Assembly: GCA_964247055.1 (NCBI GenBank)
Contig: OZ176059.1
Coordinates: forward strand, 2,232,001 to 2,296,000
DNA length: 64,000 nucleotides
DNA from: Paragordius varius
Lineage: Eukaryota > Animalia > Nematomorpha
Reading direction: 5' to 3'
Shown here piece after piece: positions 27,832 through 42,454 of this stretch (position 1 is the first letter of the stretch; every line of letters begins with the position of its first letter). Both the position numbers and the translations under genes were made by a program. A model generated the notes under the pieces. It searched no databases and had not been told where the DNA came from. It saw only the letters and a program-made list of their open reading frames with translations.

Positions 27832-29484
27832 GCCAAACCATACAAATTAATCCATTAGAAAATAATTTATCTCGGTGTTAAAAATCGAATTAGAGGTTAT
27901 TATTATCTGTATAATAGCCATCATCGACATTTATTTTAGCTTACCTTATTTTTATATTAGTTTATTATTATCATATAATTGTTAAATCATCAATTGCATT
28001 GTTAATATACAATTAGTTGTTATTAGACTGGAGTATCTAATTTTTTTATTATGTAAATCAATCAAAATAATAAATTAGGCATTTAACAAAATGTAACTTT
28101 ATCAGATTATTCAGGAAACCGGCAATTATATATAAAACTTGATTTTTGGTTTTTTAAATTATTTTATCATTTTTTATCTAAACGAAACGTTTTTCAAGCA
28201 AACGCAACCTTTTAATTTAAAGACAACTGAAAAAATGTTGCGTTTGGTTGAATAATGTTGTCTTTGCTTGAAAAGTGTGTCGAATTAAAAATGGTATACA
28301 AGTAAAATTTCACTAATTCCCACTTAAAAAAACTACTTTAAGAGGAAACAAATATTTTTAGGACTTTGTAAATTTAATTAATCGCTAAACCCAAAAATAA
28401 AGTATGAAGGCGTTATTGTTTAATTTTGTATGGAAAATTATAAAAAATATGATTTTTTATTCTTTTTGTGACAAATAATTTTTCTGCTTTATATTATTTG
28501 TTAAGTAAGTCGGAAACTGATTTACATTATTTAATATGACCTTTTTTTTAAAAAAGGGCCATTATATTTATTTAAACATTTTTTTGTGCACATTGTTTCC
28601 TACATGATATAATTGATATATTTTTCCCTATAAATATATGACGAGGAATAATTTAAATTTAGGATACGAAACAAAATTTAAAACATAAAAACTCAAATTA
28701 TGCAAACGCATAAAGTTAACAGTACGAATACAAATTTATTTATGACTATATATATATATATATATATATATATGACACAAAAAATTACACCATCATTGTA
28801 TAAATATATTTATTTGAAAAAAATGACACAAAGGTTACAACAATAAGCGATTAAATTAGTGTTTTATATATCATGTTTAAGGACAAAATAGTGGATAAAT
28901 AGGGTTACAATATAGTTGTAGTTTTAATATTGACCCATATATATGTATATATATATATATATATACATATATATTGGGTGATTAAACAAGTTTTGGACAA
29001 TTAAACTTAATTGTAGATTATAAAAAATCTAACAATATAAAAAAGCTGAAAACTATATACAAGAATAAAGTAGCTGGCCAAAAAAAACAGTTATCGATAA
29101 TATAATTTATAATTAAAATCAAATCACTAAATTTTTAACAATATAACAAAGTGTGATTATAAACATATAATTGGTATCTAATATATATATTTTGTGTTTG
29201 TAGCAACGGAAAATCGATTGCACTCATAAAATAATTATTATGAAAATATATATATGGGTAAAAAATAAATTTGGCAATCAAAATTTAATTAAACACGTTA
29301 ATATATGATTGATTGGAAATATTATTTGTATATTAACAATTATGGCTGTTTTTATCAATCAAGAAATGGACTAAAACTATAACCTTTTTATATCCTTTAA
29401 AAGTGTGGTTATCCGTTTGGACTGGCTTTCTACATAATAATTGTTTTAACGTTAGCTTGACTTTTAACATTTGGGAAAAAATAA

Positions 29485-32400
29485 TCATTTAAATAGGAAA
29501 CTATATGGATATCCTTGATACTTTGAACGAAATATGGATAAGATTAAGCTAAAAAATATGGTAAAAAGTAGTAATCCAGCAATGGCCATAACTAAAAAAT
29601 ATTAATAATATAGCATGTAGAGAATTTGTTATGAGATTTCAATATACCATTCACACCAAATTCACCCTTGAACAAAAAATTCACACAAAAATGAATTATG
29701 TTTTTTAAGATTAAAAATTACCTATATTTTATTATATTTTTTAAAATAATACTGAAAAAATAATAAACTATGACATAAAGATTTTTTATCATATTAATGA
29801 TTATATTCCGAAAACACATAATTTATTATTAGGGTCATTTTAAATTGTTCAGGGGTAAATTTGGGTATATTTATTGATAAAATTAAAATTAGAATATATT
29901 AATTAGTAATTGCAGTCAATCATAACCGATTATAATATCCAGTCAATATGTATGTATACACCATCAGGTGTGTTTAATAAAAAATAAAAATTTAAAGTTA
30001 CTATGTAGGTAAACATGTAAATATTATCCATTTTTATATTCATTAGCGGATCAATAATGTTTAAGACTACTAGGGCCAAGTTGTTGAGTTAATTCGATGT
30101 GAATTAAATGATTACACATTCATAAGCGAGAAACGTTATATTTTAAAAGGTCCAAAATCCAACCCTCCTTTCAAGTATTATTTAATTTAGGTTTTAATAA
30201 AAAAAAATTTTGCATATACAATTAAAAAATAATAGCATTCACATATCGCATTTAAAGCTTAATCATCCATAATAAAAATTTTCCAATGAATTCGTTTTCT
30301 AAAAACTCGTGTTAAAAAAAAGTTTTTTTTACCAAAATTCAAGATTTAAATTTAAATAAGGGCAAGGATTATTGCATATATATATATATAAATATATATA
30401 TGTAATATTTAAAAGTTTCAATAACATGCAAAAATTTACTAAAATTAAAAAAGTACAAAAGTTATATTTAATACCTCTTCTTTTATTACTGTCATATGGT
30501 TCATTTACAGAACTCGTATCTTTATTTCCAACATAATTTGTTGTGTTGTAACGATGATGACTAATACTAGCCATTGATTTATTGTTTGAAACTTTACTAT
30601 ATTTGGATAATACAGCGTTATTGTTGTTCATATTATCATCACAAATTACATTATTGGTATTTTGGAATCTTTCTTTATGAGTTTCATCCATTTCTGATGA
30701 TGATGACGTACTAATTTCTGTACTATTAAAATTATTTAAATTATTTTTATCGCCAGGTGATGTATTGCTGTATAAGAGTTCTTTTTTCGAGTTTGTCAAA
30801 TCATCCCCCGTTTTTTTGTAATTATCATCAAAATTATGTAAGGTAGTGTTGGTGAAGTTTTGATCACTGTCAGCAGTTAGATAATTATTGGCTTCGTAAA
30901 TAAGTATGATCCCAAACGTTAATACGGCATACATAATGAATACAATGTAACTTTCCACAATAAATTGACTCCGGCCATCGTGTTTTATATAATTCTAAAA
31001 GAGTTTTTTTAAAAATAATCATTATTTTATTATTATAGTATGACACACTGGACAATTCGCAATACAGTAGCGTATGGGAAAAAATAAATGGTTAAAATTA
31101 AACAATTATTCTTATCCTACTTACAAGCATTAAATTTGTTTATTTAATTATGGACAAAGTATGTTTTATATCATACGCTAATGTATAACCCATTGGCCAA
31201 CATAAATTTGGATACTGTATATATGTATGATTTTAAAAAATGACAATACTTAAGCTGTAATAAGTTAAAAAAATCTTGCAACTATAGAAAAAACTAGGGG
31301 AAAAATTAATAAATATCATACAACGGATCCAGTACGAGTGTTTCGATGCATAAAAGGCGGACCCCGAATATGATTCCACATTTGGCCCGATATCATGACG
31401 AATATAAAAAACTATTTGCAAATACAAAAAAATGAATTAATAAAACATTAGGTATAATATTGTAAATAAAACACTAGTTTTTTATAAAATGATATTTTAT
31501 AATTACAGTATAAATTAATATTATGGAGACAAAAAGTAAAAACTAATATATTTTATTAGGACGATCCTATAATTCTTTATGATTATAGCCTATCGTTTTT
31601 GGTTGCGAGTTGGTAACACATTAATATATTTGAAATAAAATCTCTTACTTATACAGAAAAAAATGATGGATAAAAATAGTGTTTTCTCTGTTTGATCTTT
31701 TAGGTTTTAACTAATTTTTTTATCATTATATCTTATTAATATTGCTACTTTTAAATTTTATTTTTAGACATTGAAAAAAATTAAAAAAGAGTAAAAACAA
31801 TAAAATTGAATTTCAAACACTAATTTTATTTAAAAAGTGATGTATCTTTTGCTAGTGCCAGAGTGGCTATGCAACAAACCTAATTATAATGCAAACATTT
31901 TTTTGCGCATAAAATATTTTTAGCCTTTATTATCATTTTATCAATATTCATTATTGAATCAAATTTGTTCTTATCATATACTGTATTATCTTAAATTTTA
32001 AACAATTGGAATGTATTTTATGCAGAAGTAAAAATTAATGTAATATTACCAAAGCAATGGTACCCCAAAGCGTGGGTTGAAACAAAAAACTTAAATTACT
32101 GCGTCGCAGGTAAAGTAAACCGCCAATAAGGAAAGCAAGCAATACCATAGCAATAAAACCAGAATGACTAGGTTGCCGTATAATATTAATCTACAATGAG
32201 CAAAAAATTAACAAAAAATAAGAAAAGACTCATAAATAAATTTGTAATCTAATAAAAAACAAATAGTATAAATTTTTTTTACCTGTATTCCAAGATTTTT
32301 GTATAGGAATTCAGCCAATTTTTCAGCAGACATTCCCTCTCTAAACATTGTGTAAAATATATAAATAAAAATTACGGATTTATTATTTATTACTAAATTC

Positions 32401-33323
32401 CACATTTCAACATTTTTTATAAAAAAATAATTGGTATTTGAATTTTTTTAAAAAACCAAAAAATTCATAAAAAATTTATTAAAATTCCAAAACAAATTTT
32501 TATATAAATACAACAAAAAACCCTCAAAAATCTCAAACCATATATGATAATAATACTTTTGAATATCATAAATTATGTATGGTATAGGGTAATGCCGATC
32601 CCCGCCATCAGCTGATGGTGATGGTAAAAGTCGTGCATTCACATTGTCATATGATGATGGACTTCCTTTATGATGTAAAAAACTTTTCATATTCGCTGTT
32701 GAGGGTGGAAACAAATAAAACATTGGGATAGATGTGATTTGAAACTATAAAAACAAAAAGTAAAATAATAAAAAACGAAAAATTTCTAAAAAAATAACCA
32801 TACTTAAAGTGTTCAATGACCAGCTTGAAGTGTCAAGGACACTCTTAAAATGCAAATGGTATATGAAATTTAGCGTGTATATTACCCATTTATAACTCTA
32901 TTCCTTGTTTGGCAGCCCAAAACTATGATGACGTTATATAAAAAAATATCACTGTCTTTAAAAAAGGATATTCTCCTTGTAAAAATTTTTATTTTAACTT
33001 TTTTGAGTTTTGTGTATATTATAAATCGCAAAATAATATAAGGCATAAAGTATGTTAAGTTGAAGTAAAACCCTATATTATGAATTATCAAATTTATTAC
33101 AATCAACCTTAAAAAACATTATTGCAAATAAGTTATGGGTAAAAATTAATAAATATATCTGTTGGGTATAAAAATTCAGAAAACTTTCATGTGAAAAAAG
33201 GTTTACATTAGGATCATATATGGAATAACTAAATTTTTAAAATATGTTGCTTGACAAATATAAAAAATGGGTTAACTCCCAAAAATTAACCCAATAAAGA
33301 AAGGTTTGTCTCGAGTGTAGTAT

Positions 33324-33363
<40 letters not shown>

Positions 33364-34030
33364 TGTGCAATTGACTGCTTTTTCAAAAAAGTCCGGTCAG
33401 ACCCAGTCAGACCATGGTCATGACCACTTTTTACTTAAATAAATATCATGGGATATTGGATGAAAATAATGTTCTCGCGACACTTGCGTTTAACTAATCA
33501 TGTTTTTATTAGAGTTTGTATTATATACATTTTGATATTTATTATTTACAAACATTTTCAATTAAATTTAATCAATTTTTTTTTTCAATAAATTTTGTCG
33601 CATGTTTAAGTTTTTAAGCTTAATACTTTTAATGCTGGACATTTTAAATAATATTTTACCTTGCTTGTTTTACACTTTCTTTCATTATTTATAAATCCAA
33701 TTATAAAATGTTTTTTTTCATTTTATTGGTTCACATATATGGAATTGCATATTTTGCAATGTGCTTGATTGTTTTGTTTTTTGCAATAACTGGATATGCT
33801 TAAATGCTAATGTTTTAAGGATGCATGTTCAACAATTTTATATGGTTAAATAAGCATATTTAAATATTTAATTTATAATAAAAAATATATTAAACAATCT
33901 TACTATCTCTTCTCCAAAAAATTACCACCAATTTTCAAAATACAATATAAATGACCATGGTCAAAAAATAAATAGTCACTGACCTGGTCACCCGGTCAAT
34001 TGACCGGGTCATGACTTGGTCAGTACAACC

Positions 34031-34064
<34 letters not shown>

Positions 34065-37000
34065 TTTGGACCTCAAATTCACTCTTAAACCTTCTAACTC
34101 ACCCTTAAGTATTTCAGATTACCATTTGAATGTTTCTCTCCAATTCACTCTAATAATATATTTATGGATACCTGTATCAATATTGATTTAAAATAGCCCC
34201 AAAACATGATTTATTTTTAGGGTGACTTTGAAGTATTCAATAATAAATCCGACGTGTAAATGATATATTATATTATGATTCAATATTCCAAAAAAATGAA
34301 AAATCGATTTTTGGCGTTTTCAACATATATCATAATAAATAATATCTATAAGCTAATATTAATGTTTTTTTAGGGAGGGATTAATCTTTATTCAAATCAT
34401 ATTATAGAAGAAAAAAGTACCTTATCTTTTCAAAAAATTTAAGTTTCTTAACTCAAAACTTTACGTTTGAACAACTGACCGTTTGAATAGTTTAAATGTT
34501 GCACCTAATTTTTGTTACTAAAAACATATTTAAACGGTATTATTCAATCAAAGGCAGTCTTAATACCTCTTAAGGGAGTTTAAAAAACTCTGATAAAATT
34601 AAATTTCAAGTCAATTAAAATGAAATTGAATAAGATAATATAAAACAGTTTTACTTTACACTTTGTAGATTACTATTACCTACAACAATAAATATTTCAT
34701 ATATCGTTTTATATGAATTGTCGATTATAAAAACTCTAATTAATATCAATTTATAAAAGTTTAAAGTAAAAAAGATTCTTATATCAGAAAAGAAAAAATC
34801 AACTATATTTTTAGTTATCTAATTTGTTTTATACATAGCCAATGTATGATACATATTGTTCGATATAAAAATTAGGGAACACTCAATTACATATTGACTT
34901 ATCCCTTATTTAACAAGCGTACACGTATTTACAACATAGAGAAAACTAGGTTTTTTTAGTTTTCGGTTCTTTTTTTAAATAACTTAAAATTTTTACCCGG
35001 TAAAGGCCTATTATCTTTTTAAACAATACCGTCATTTGTTCTAATAAGCTATATATATATATACAGTAAAAAAATTTATTACAAGCCATTTCGGTATCTT
35101 GAATGGCTGAAAGAGGATTTAATTTACACATCTGTTACCACCATGTATAAGTTTTTTTTGTTTTTTTCCAGTTAGTTACATTTTCATCAAAAAAATATGG
35201 GGTTCCATTATATGTAAGTAACAAAATGAAATATATCTCATACATGACAAAATACTACAACATGTAAATTTTATCCTCAAATATCCATTCAAAATACTGA
35301 AATAGCCTATAATAATACAATACTGCTGTATAATAATTATAATTGTATTGTGTTATTACATCATCAAATATCTCTTGACCATCCTCGAAATTTAGAAGAC
35401 ATAAAAAGAGCGTGTTTTGTCCATTCGTCAATAATGTGGGATTGGGTGACAAGCTAGTTGCTATTGATAATCGGAGTGAATTTGATAACGTTATATATTC
35501 ATCTAACACTAGTCTAATATATATATATATATATATACAATAAAATGAGTAGTATACCATTTACTATTCAAATTTATTCTTGAACAATTTTGATTCACCC
35601 TCAAACAATTAAAATTCACCCTTGAACAATTCAAATTTACCCTTGAATATTTCATATTCACCCTAAATTATGTGTATTCGGGATAATATAACCTATTATT
35701 ATAATTATAAATAAAAAATATATTTTTATGAGAAGGTTTATTGTTTTTTCAGCATTATATTAATATTTAATCTTAAAAAACACTTAATTAATTTTAGGAG
35801 AAATTTAAATTGTAAATGGTATATATCAAATTTTACAAATAGGCTTATAGTTCATGCCAATAAACTATAAGATAAAACTCAGCAAAAAAGGGTCCATAAA
35901 GCGCACGCAAGCTAAGCCATTCCCCCCTAAAATTCGAATTATTCTGAGTATAAAGTTTGACTGGTATATGGTAGGTAACCGGTCTTAATCCTTCTCATAC
36001 AATAGTAATTTACAGTTATAACCAATCAATATCAAATATAATGTTACTGCATTTATTTCTAGTAAGTATCTCTAAGTAAAATGCAAAGAAAATTAACCAG
36101 TTAAAATAGGGAAATGGTGTTCATAAAATATAAGATCAATTAACAAAAATTTAAGAGAATTTACCAATTACTGTATATGTACGTAACTATACAAATCATT
36201 ATATATCATTAATATATACATATATAAAAGGGTTTTAACTGCTTATTTTAGGGGTCAAATACGGTCATAAGTGCTGAGTCATAACCGGTCATATCCAACG
36301 TAATAGGGATAAAAATAAAAAAATACTTTTTAATTACAGAAATACAAAATTTAACCAAACACCCGAGTTTGAGATATAAAAAATTGGACGACAGATTATA
36401 AATAAAATGTAAATCTTATCTTTAATATACAGGGGTTAGGTCTGGGGTCGGTCGTAAATATAAAATTATTATGATTGTGATCGCTTATAAATGAAACTGG
36501 TCAACATTTTTTCCATAAATAACCGTCAAATTATGTAGTAAAATATATAACAAATAATATATATATCTTTTATGTTTTTCGTAAAAAATTGGAAAATTTC
36601 AAAGAATTAAAAAAATATAATAAATGTCATCATGAGATATTTCTTGAAACTAAAAAAAGTCAATTTGATATATTGTGTTACAACACATTTGCATGTTTGG
36701 AATAAAATTTATTGGTTATAACCCTTATTGTGTGGCGTATTAAAACACACTACTGTAGTTTTCTAACTTTGTTCTTTATTAGATGAGCGTATAAAATGTA
36801 AAAAAACGAACTTATAATTAGCAATATATAAATAATTTATATAAAATGAGGAAGATAAGAAAAAAATATTAAAGGCTTGTCAGGCATCGAAAAAATTTAA
36901 TTTTACAAAAATTTATAGAACTCTCAAAAGGCTAAAGTGTAAAATATGGATGTTTTATGAAGTTTGTGATTTTAATGAATATTGCACTGAAAATGTTTTT

Positions 37001-37678
37001 AAAATTGAACTCATCTCAATTTTTATTATCAATTTTAGCCTTTTAAGAGCAAAATATTGGATTATCAAAATTAAAATATGACTGATTATTTAGAAAATTT
37101 AATTAAAATTTAGTTTTTTCCGCGAAACTCGCTTTATATGCATTGAAAACTTGTTGCAAAAACTAGCTATAACAAAATAAAATGATATTAACATTAAAGT
37201 ATAGAAAAAATATTAAATTGCCTATTTGCAGTTTCAGTCCATACGCTACTGTAAAATTATAAAAAAATTACCGACAAACTGGACATTTATCACGATTAGC
37301 CATACTAAACATGACTAAAACTGAATAATTGCGTTGAAATGTATTGAAATCCGATGTTATTTGTTGTGCATCATTTTCAAAATCGGGATCTAGATTATAA
37401 TCTGAATCTTGAGATGGGTAACTAGACAGGGGCCCAGAAACTAAATTTCGGAATGTTGGAGTCATGAGAGTTATAATCACTTCACGGTATGATAAATCAT
37501 TTAACTTTCGGTAACGATCCCCCAGAGAAAGCTAAAATTGCCATCAAAAATTTAGGGTATAAAATGTTAAATTTATAATAAATATAATGATTACCTCATA
37601 TTTATAAGAAGCAAGGTAAGGTATAAAACAAAACGCTATAATAAAGCGTAAAAAATCGAAGATTATCGGGTTACACAT
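29485..37678 (-). CDS. MAGT1/TUSC3: Oligosaccharyltransferase OST3/OST6-family subunit (MAGT1/TUSC3 homologue); 9 exons: 37678-37595, 37531-37272, 35513-35360, 32744-32557, 32340-32283, 32190-32050, 31411-31322, 30994-30475, 29591-29485 (~533 aa)
   Basis: Signal peptide; thioredoxin-like [13 protein letters not shown]; [10 protein letters not shown]; TM1 followed by [15 protein letters not shown]; [15 protein letters not shown]; [10 protein letters not shown]; C-terminus [23 protein letters not shown]. All are hallmark MAGT1/TUSC3 motifs and exon phases are consistent (1602 nt). Confidence 0.95.
29645..29867. mobile_element. Degenerate MITE family A copy, in the last intron of the OST3/6 gene
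   Basis: TACCATTCACACCAAATTCACCCTTGAAC ... GTTCAGGGGTAAATTTGGGTA. Confidence 0.65.
33358..34033. mobile_element. Non-autonomous hAT-like element (~675 bp) embedded in a (TA)n tract
   Basis: Ends TAGGGTTGTGC and GTACAACCCT; subtermini rich in GACC/GGTC repeats; long (TA)n runs on both sides. Confidence 0.7.
35555..35821. mobile_element. MITE family A copy
   Basis: TACCATTTAC ... TGTAAATGGTA with tandem AATTCACCCTTGAACAATTC repeats. Confidence 0.85.
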
Positions 37679-39326
37679 CCTTGATGTGGTAAACAATTAA
37701 AAGTCATTACATATGGTGTTTTAATTAATTTTGATACATATGATTTATGATAACCACTCTACACCTTGCCTTTTGGATTGGCAAATTGATATAACATTTG
37801 CAAATCAGCAAAATTGTCTAAAAATTTAATATAGGTTGCTTCCAGATATTTTAATTTCATTGCCAATAATAATTCTTCTATTTATATTTAAAAAATTAAA
37901 ATAAAATATATTATTCGTTTTTTTTAATTTTAAAATTATTCTATAAATATATAAAAATAATGCAATTAAATTATTTGAAATCGTGTTACAGTTCAAACCT
38001 TTTCATTTCTTCGGTGACAATTTTTGTGATAGTTTGTTCACTAGAGCCCTAACTTCTGAATTACTTGAGCTTTGTTTTCGTTAAAATTATTAAAAAAGCT
38101 TTGTTTGTTATTAGATATTAACTGGTATTATTTAGCTTTTTCTATTTAGAATCATCAGGTAAGCTCAAAATCCCTAGAAGCAAACAACAGATTTTTAATT
38201 TTTTATAAAGTTAAAATGTAATTTAAAAGCTTAGGTTAATTATCGTTGTTATTAAACCATAATATAAATATATTTGCCAGCTGCATAAGCCATTTAAAAA
38301 TTCAGATAAAGGGTGCGAAACTTGAGATGAGGAATATATTTATTACATTTAAACAAATTGAATCACGTGCCCAGAAGCACAATTTTCGCAACTTACAATA
38401 TCTTAAATAATTTTATCGATATCCAAATTTTTCTCTACCGTGAAAGGCTATAAAGCATTAAACATAATAATAACCCTTGTAATAAATTGAAATAATATAT
38501 ATTGGATCTATAAGAACAGTGCACAGAAATATATCTTTGGATATTAATCCTTACATTTATATTATTTTTCACAAAGTGTATTCAAAGGAAAAATACTCAT
38601 ATAAAATTTATGATTTCTATAGTCTGAAAATCGCATATTTTTGGACTACTCTTAAATAACCAGTTTGTAAGCAAAAATGCTGAGATTACGCCATCATTAT
38701 TTTTAATATATGCTAGATTATGACTTTTCTCTATATATACATTTCTTACACCCCATACTTAATTGGTTATTTTTACTAAAATGCCAATATCAAAAGCGAA
38801 ATATTATTTTAATTAGAGATATGAGATAAATATTGCATCATCAAAATTTATAGAAAACGTGTTTTTATAAAGCGTTTATGTGCCGTTTAAGCTTTCAAAC
38901 ACCATAAATACGCTTCAAATTTTGTCAAAATATAAATTAAAGCATTAAACTACTTTTTTAATGTCATAATCTAGCATATAAAATTGTTATCACGTAATAT
39001 CGGCATTTTCTAGTTCCTTCTAAAAACTATTGAATTTGCGACTTTCAGAGAATCCATCCAAAATTTGAAGTTTAATATAAATGATTTGCTTTTTAAATAT
39101 CTTTTATGACATAATTCTCTTTTGGCATGAAGCATTTAGCTTCTCTCAAAATATTTATTTAAGTTAATAATACTGGTTCATGGATCAATTACCGAAAATG
39201 GAAATATAACTCTTAAATTACTTGTGAGGCCCAAAAACAAAAGCATTATGATAATCCTGATACTATTAGAATTTATATAAATTATCAGGATAATTTTTAT
39301 GCAGTCCGAATTTGTACACTGTGTAA

Positions 39327-39595
39327 CAGGGGTTTTCAACCTGCGGTCCGCTGGCCGATTGTGGTAACCTAAATATTTCTGCAGCCCATAAGAAATCAAT
39401 TACAAAATTTTACTAATCTAATTAAAATAAATTTAACAAACTTTCTGAATAAATCTTTTTATAATTTGGCAATGAACTAGCCAAAATATTATAATAAATA
39501 GTAGTTTTTTTATATTTAAATCTGATAAAATATTTGTCAATGCCCATATATTTTGCGAATGCGGCCCGTGAAGCTAATTATGCGAGGGACCCTTG
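39327..39595. mobile_element. hAT-Charlie-like MITE (related to 50897-51159)
   Basis: CAGGGGTTTTCAACCTGCGGTCCG ... AATGCGGCCCG ... GGGACCCTTG; internal TTTCTGAATAAA..TTGGCAA..AACTAG shared with the 50897 copy. Confidence 0.55.
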
Positions 39596-40571
39596 GTGAT
39601 TAAACAAATGCACAAAATAAAATAATAAATTTTGATTATGAAAATTTCTTATCACTTCTCAATATTCTTAGTGTTTAAGAAAACACGCCTTGTCAGAGAA
39701 TTAAATTGAGACTTTATTAGCAAGTATCTAAAAATTATACTGCTTCTATTTTTGCTCTTCAATAGCGTTAAATTTTTGAAATTTATTATCTAGCGCTCAT
39801 GAAAATATTTTATTTGATAGATACAATGGATAAAAAGAATATCTTAATGTTTTTATATTAAAATGTGTGAAGATTTTCCCAGTGTTTTTGGTTTTGGAGC
39901 CTATAAATAAACTAAAAAATTCACTATTTTATATTGAAAAAAAACGCAAAATTTGCCCATAATATTCCAAATATATTTTTTTGGTTATTATTTCAAAAAT
40001 AGTATAATATATAAGGTGACCAGACGTCCCGCTTTTGGCGGGACAGTCCCGCTTTTTCACACTTTGTCCCGCTTCCTGCTACGTTTTTAAATGTCCCGCT
40101 TTTTCACGATTATATAAAAAAATTTTTTTGAATACAAATAAATTTTTTTTTGTCCATTTAAATTTTTTATCATTAAATATCTTTAAAATCTATTCAATTT
40201 TAAATTAAAATTTTTTATTTTAAATTAAAAATATTTATTTTTTTCGAATTTATATCATGTGATTATACACTATACTTCCTACTACTACTGTCATTATTAT
40301 CAAAAAGCCAAGTTAATACCACAAATCTCTAGATTAAAAGACAAATTGATACCACAAATCGGTACCTTACACGTTTATTTAAAATTAAGGTGATATAATA
40401 TTTATTATACTAATATTTTAGTTTTATTACGTGCCAACATTATTAAAAAGCCAAATTAATACCACAAATCGGTAGCTTAAAAGACAAATTACCACAAATC
40501 GGTACCTTACACGTTTATCACAGAAAATTAAGGTAATATAATATTTATTATACTAATAGTAGTTAATAAAT

Positions 40572-42408
40572 ATGAGCACAAAAAGAGGTTGTAAATTCAA
40601 CGATGAATTAATGAAGGATTTTCCTTTTATTAAAAAAACGAAAAATGAATCATTTGTTAAATGTCTTATATGCGAAGGGGAATTCACCCTAGCACATGGC
40701 GGCAGGCATGATATTACAAAGCATATGGAAACACAGAAACATAAAAAATGTTTAGATATGGCGGCATCATCTTAAAATGAGCGATTTTTTTGAAAAACCG
40801 CTTTTGGAGAGGAAGAAAAGAATTTGGCACTGGCTGAGGGCGTGTTATCTTTTCACGCCGTTAATCACAATCATTCCTTTAGATCTATGGACTGTACCTC
40901 ACAGGTTATTCGCATGTTATTCCATAAAAAATTTACATGTGCCCGTACAATGGCTGAAGCCATTGTGTGCAATGTCCTTTCGCCACATGTATTTGCTGAA
41001 AATTAATTCCATATCGATATACTCCGATGCATCAAATCACCATGAAACAAAATTATTTCCCACTTTGATGAGTTATTTTGATTCAGAAACCGGAGTAAAA
41101 ATTAAAATTTTAGATTTATTTTCCCTACCCGGTGAAAATTCCGAAATAATATTTACTTCAATAATGCAAAAAAATAATTTAAAATACAAAATTATCGTAT
41201 ATTGCGCTGACAACACCAATATGAACTTTGTTGGAAAAGCAAGGAGAGGAACAAAAAAATATTTTTCATAAATTAACAGATAATCTAAATCAAAACATTA
41301 TTGGCGTTGGGTGTGCAGCGCATATAATACACAACGCTATTCAAACAGCTGCTGATTTGTTACCCCTAGATGTGGAAAATGTAGTTGTTAAAATATATTC
41401 ATATTTTTATATATACACGGTAGTTTTGTAACGCTTAAAGAATTCTGTGAAAATGCAGAAGTTCAATATCAAAAATGCTTGGATATTGTAAATCTCGTTG
41501 GTTAGCTTTTATGCCAGTATCGAAAGAATTTTAAAAATGTATGATCCTTTAAAATCTTTTTTATTATCACAGGACAAATATCCTACAACTTTAAAAAAGT
41601 TTTTTGAAAGTGATTCTTTAAAAATATGGTTAGATTTCTTACATAATCAAGCTTCTCTCTTTCAAATGTTATTAAATTTATAGAAGGTGACAAAATTTCG
41701 ACAATCGAAGTAGCCAATGAAGTTAGTAACCTAAAATTCCAATGTCAAGAACGGTTAGAAAATAATTTTATACCATTAACCATCCGCAATATAATAAATA
41801 ATTAGAAAAACAAGGCTTAATAAATCGCTAAGATATCCTGTACCATATAAAAATGTTTTATACAAACTGTAAAGATTATTTGGAAGACTGGACGACGCAA
41901 TTCAATGAAATTGATCATTTTCATTGGATAACATTAAAATCAGAATTTAATTGGTGCGATGTTCAAAAATCATTTGATTATATCTGCTCCCAAAAGTTAT
42001 CAAAAAGTAATCTTTCAGAAAATGATCTTTTTTCTGAAGTATCATTAGTTAAAAGATATATTAATAATGAAAAACTTAAATTATGGACAAAAATATACAG
42101 TAGAAAAGAAATGGTTGGAAATATTTCATCATTTTGAAGCCAACTATATTACATACAATAATATTTTAAAAATTGTGGAATTCGCATTATCTTTACCTGG
42201 AACCAACGCTGCTACTGAGCGCGTTTTTTCCACAGTAAATCAGGTGTGGACATCGGAAAAATCAAATTTAAATGTTGAAACTTTAAAGGCCGTTTTATCT
42301 GTCAAATATAATTTGACAAATTCTTGTGAAGACTTCTACAATATTTTAAAAAATGATGACAATCTGCTAAAACGCATTCACTCAAACAAAAAATATACCA
42401 AAGAATAA
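40572..42408 (+). pseudogene. Disrupted hAT transposase
   Basis: Pieces in shifting frames: BED-like finger CLIC..H..H (40572-40775), SDASNH (first Asp), CADNT (second Asp), CAAH (CxxH), PGTNAATERVFS (catalytic Glu) and a C-terminal dimerisation region. Several stops and frameshifts. Confidence 0.92.
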
Positions 42409-42454
42409 AATATTTTCTTTAAAATTTTTGTGTAAAAAAATAAACAAAATCACG

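Noticed and set aside
30329-30958. 209-aa ORF looking like a two-TM or GPI-anchored orphan protein
   Set aside because: It is exon 8 of the OST3/6 gene read through into the intron; the true donor is at 30474 and the real TM4 is at 29591-29485.
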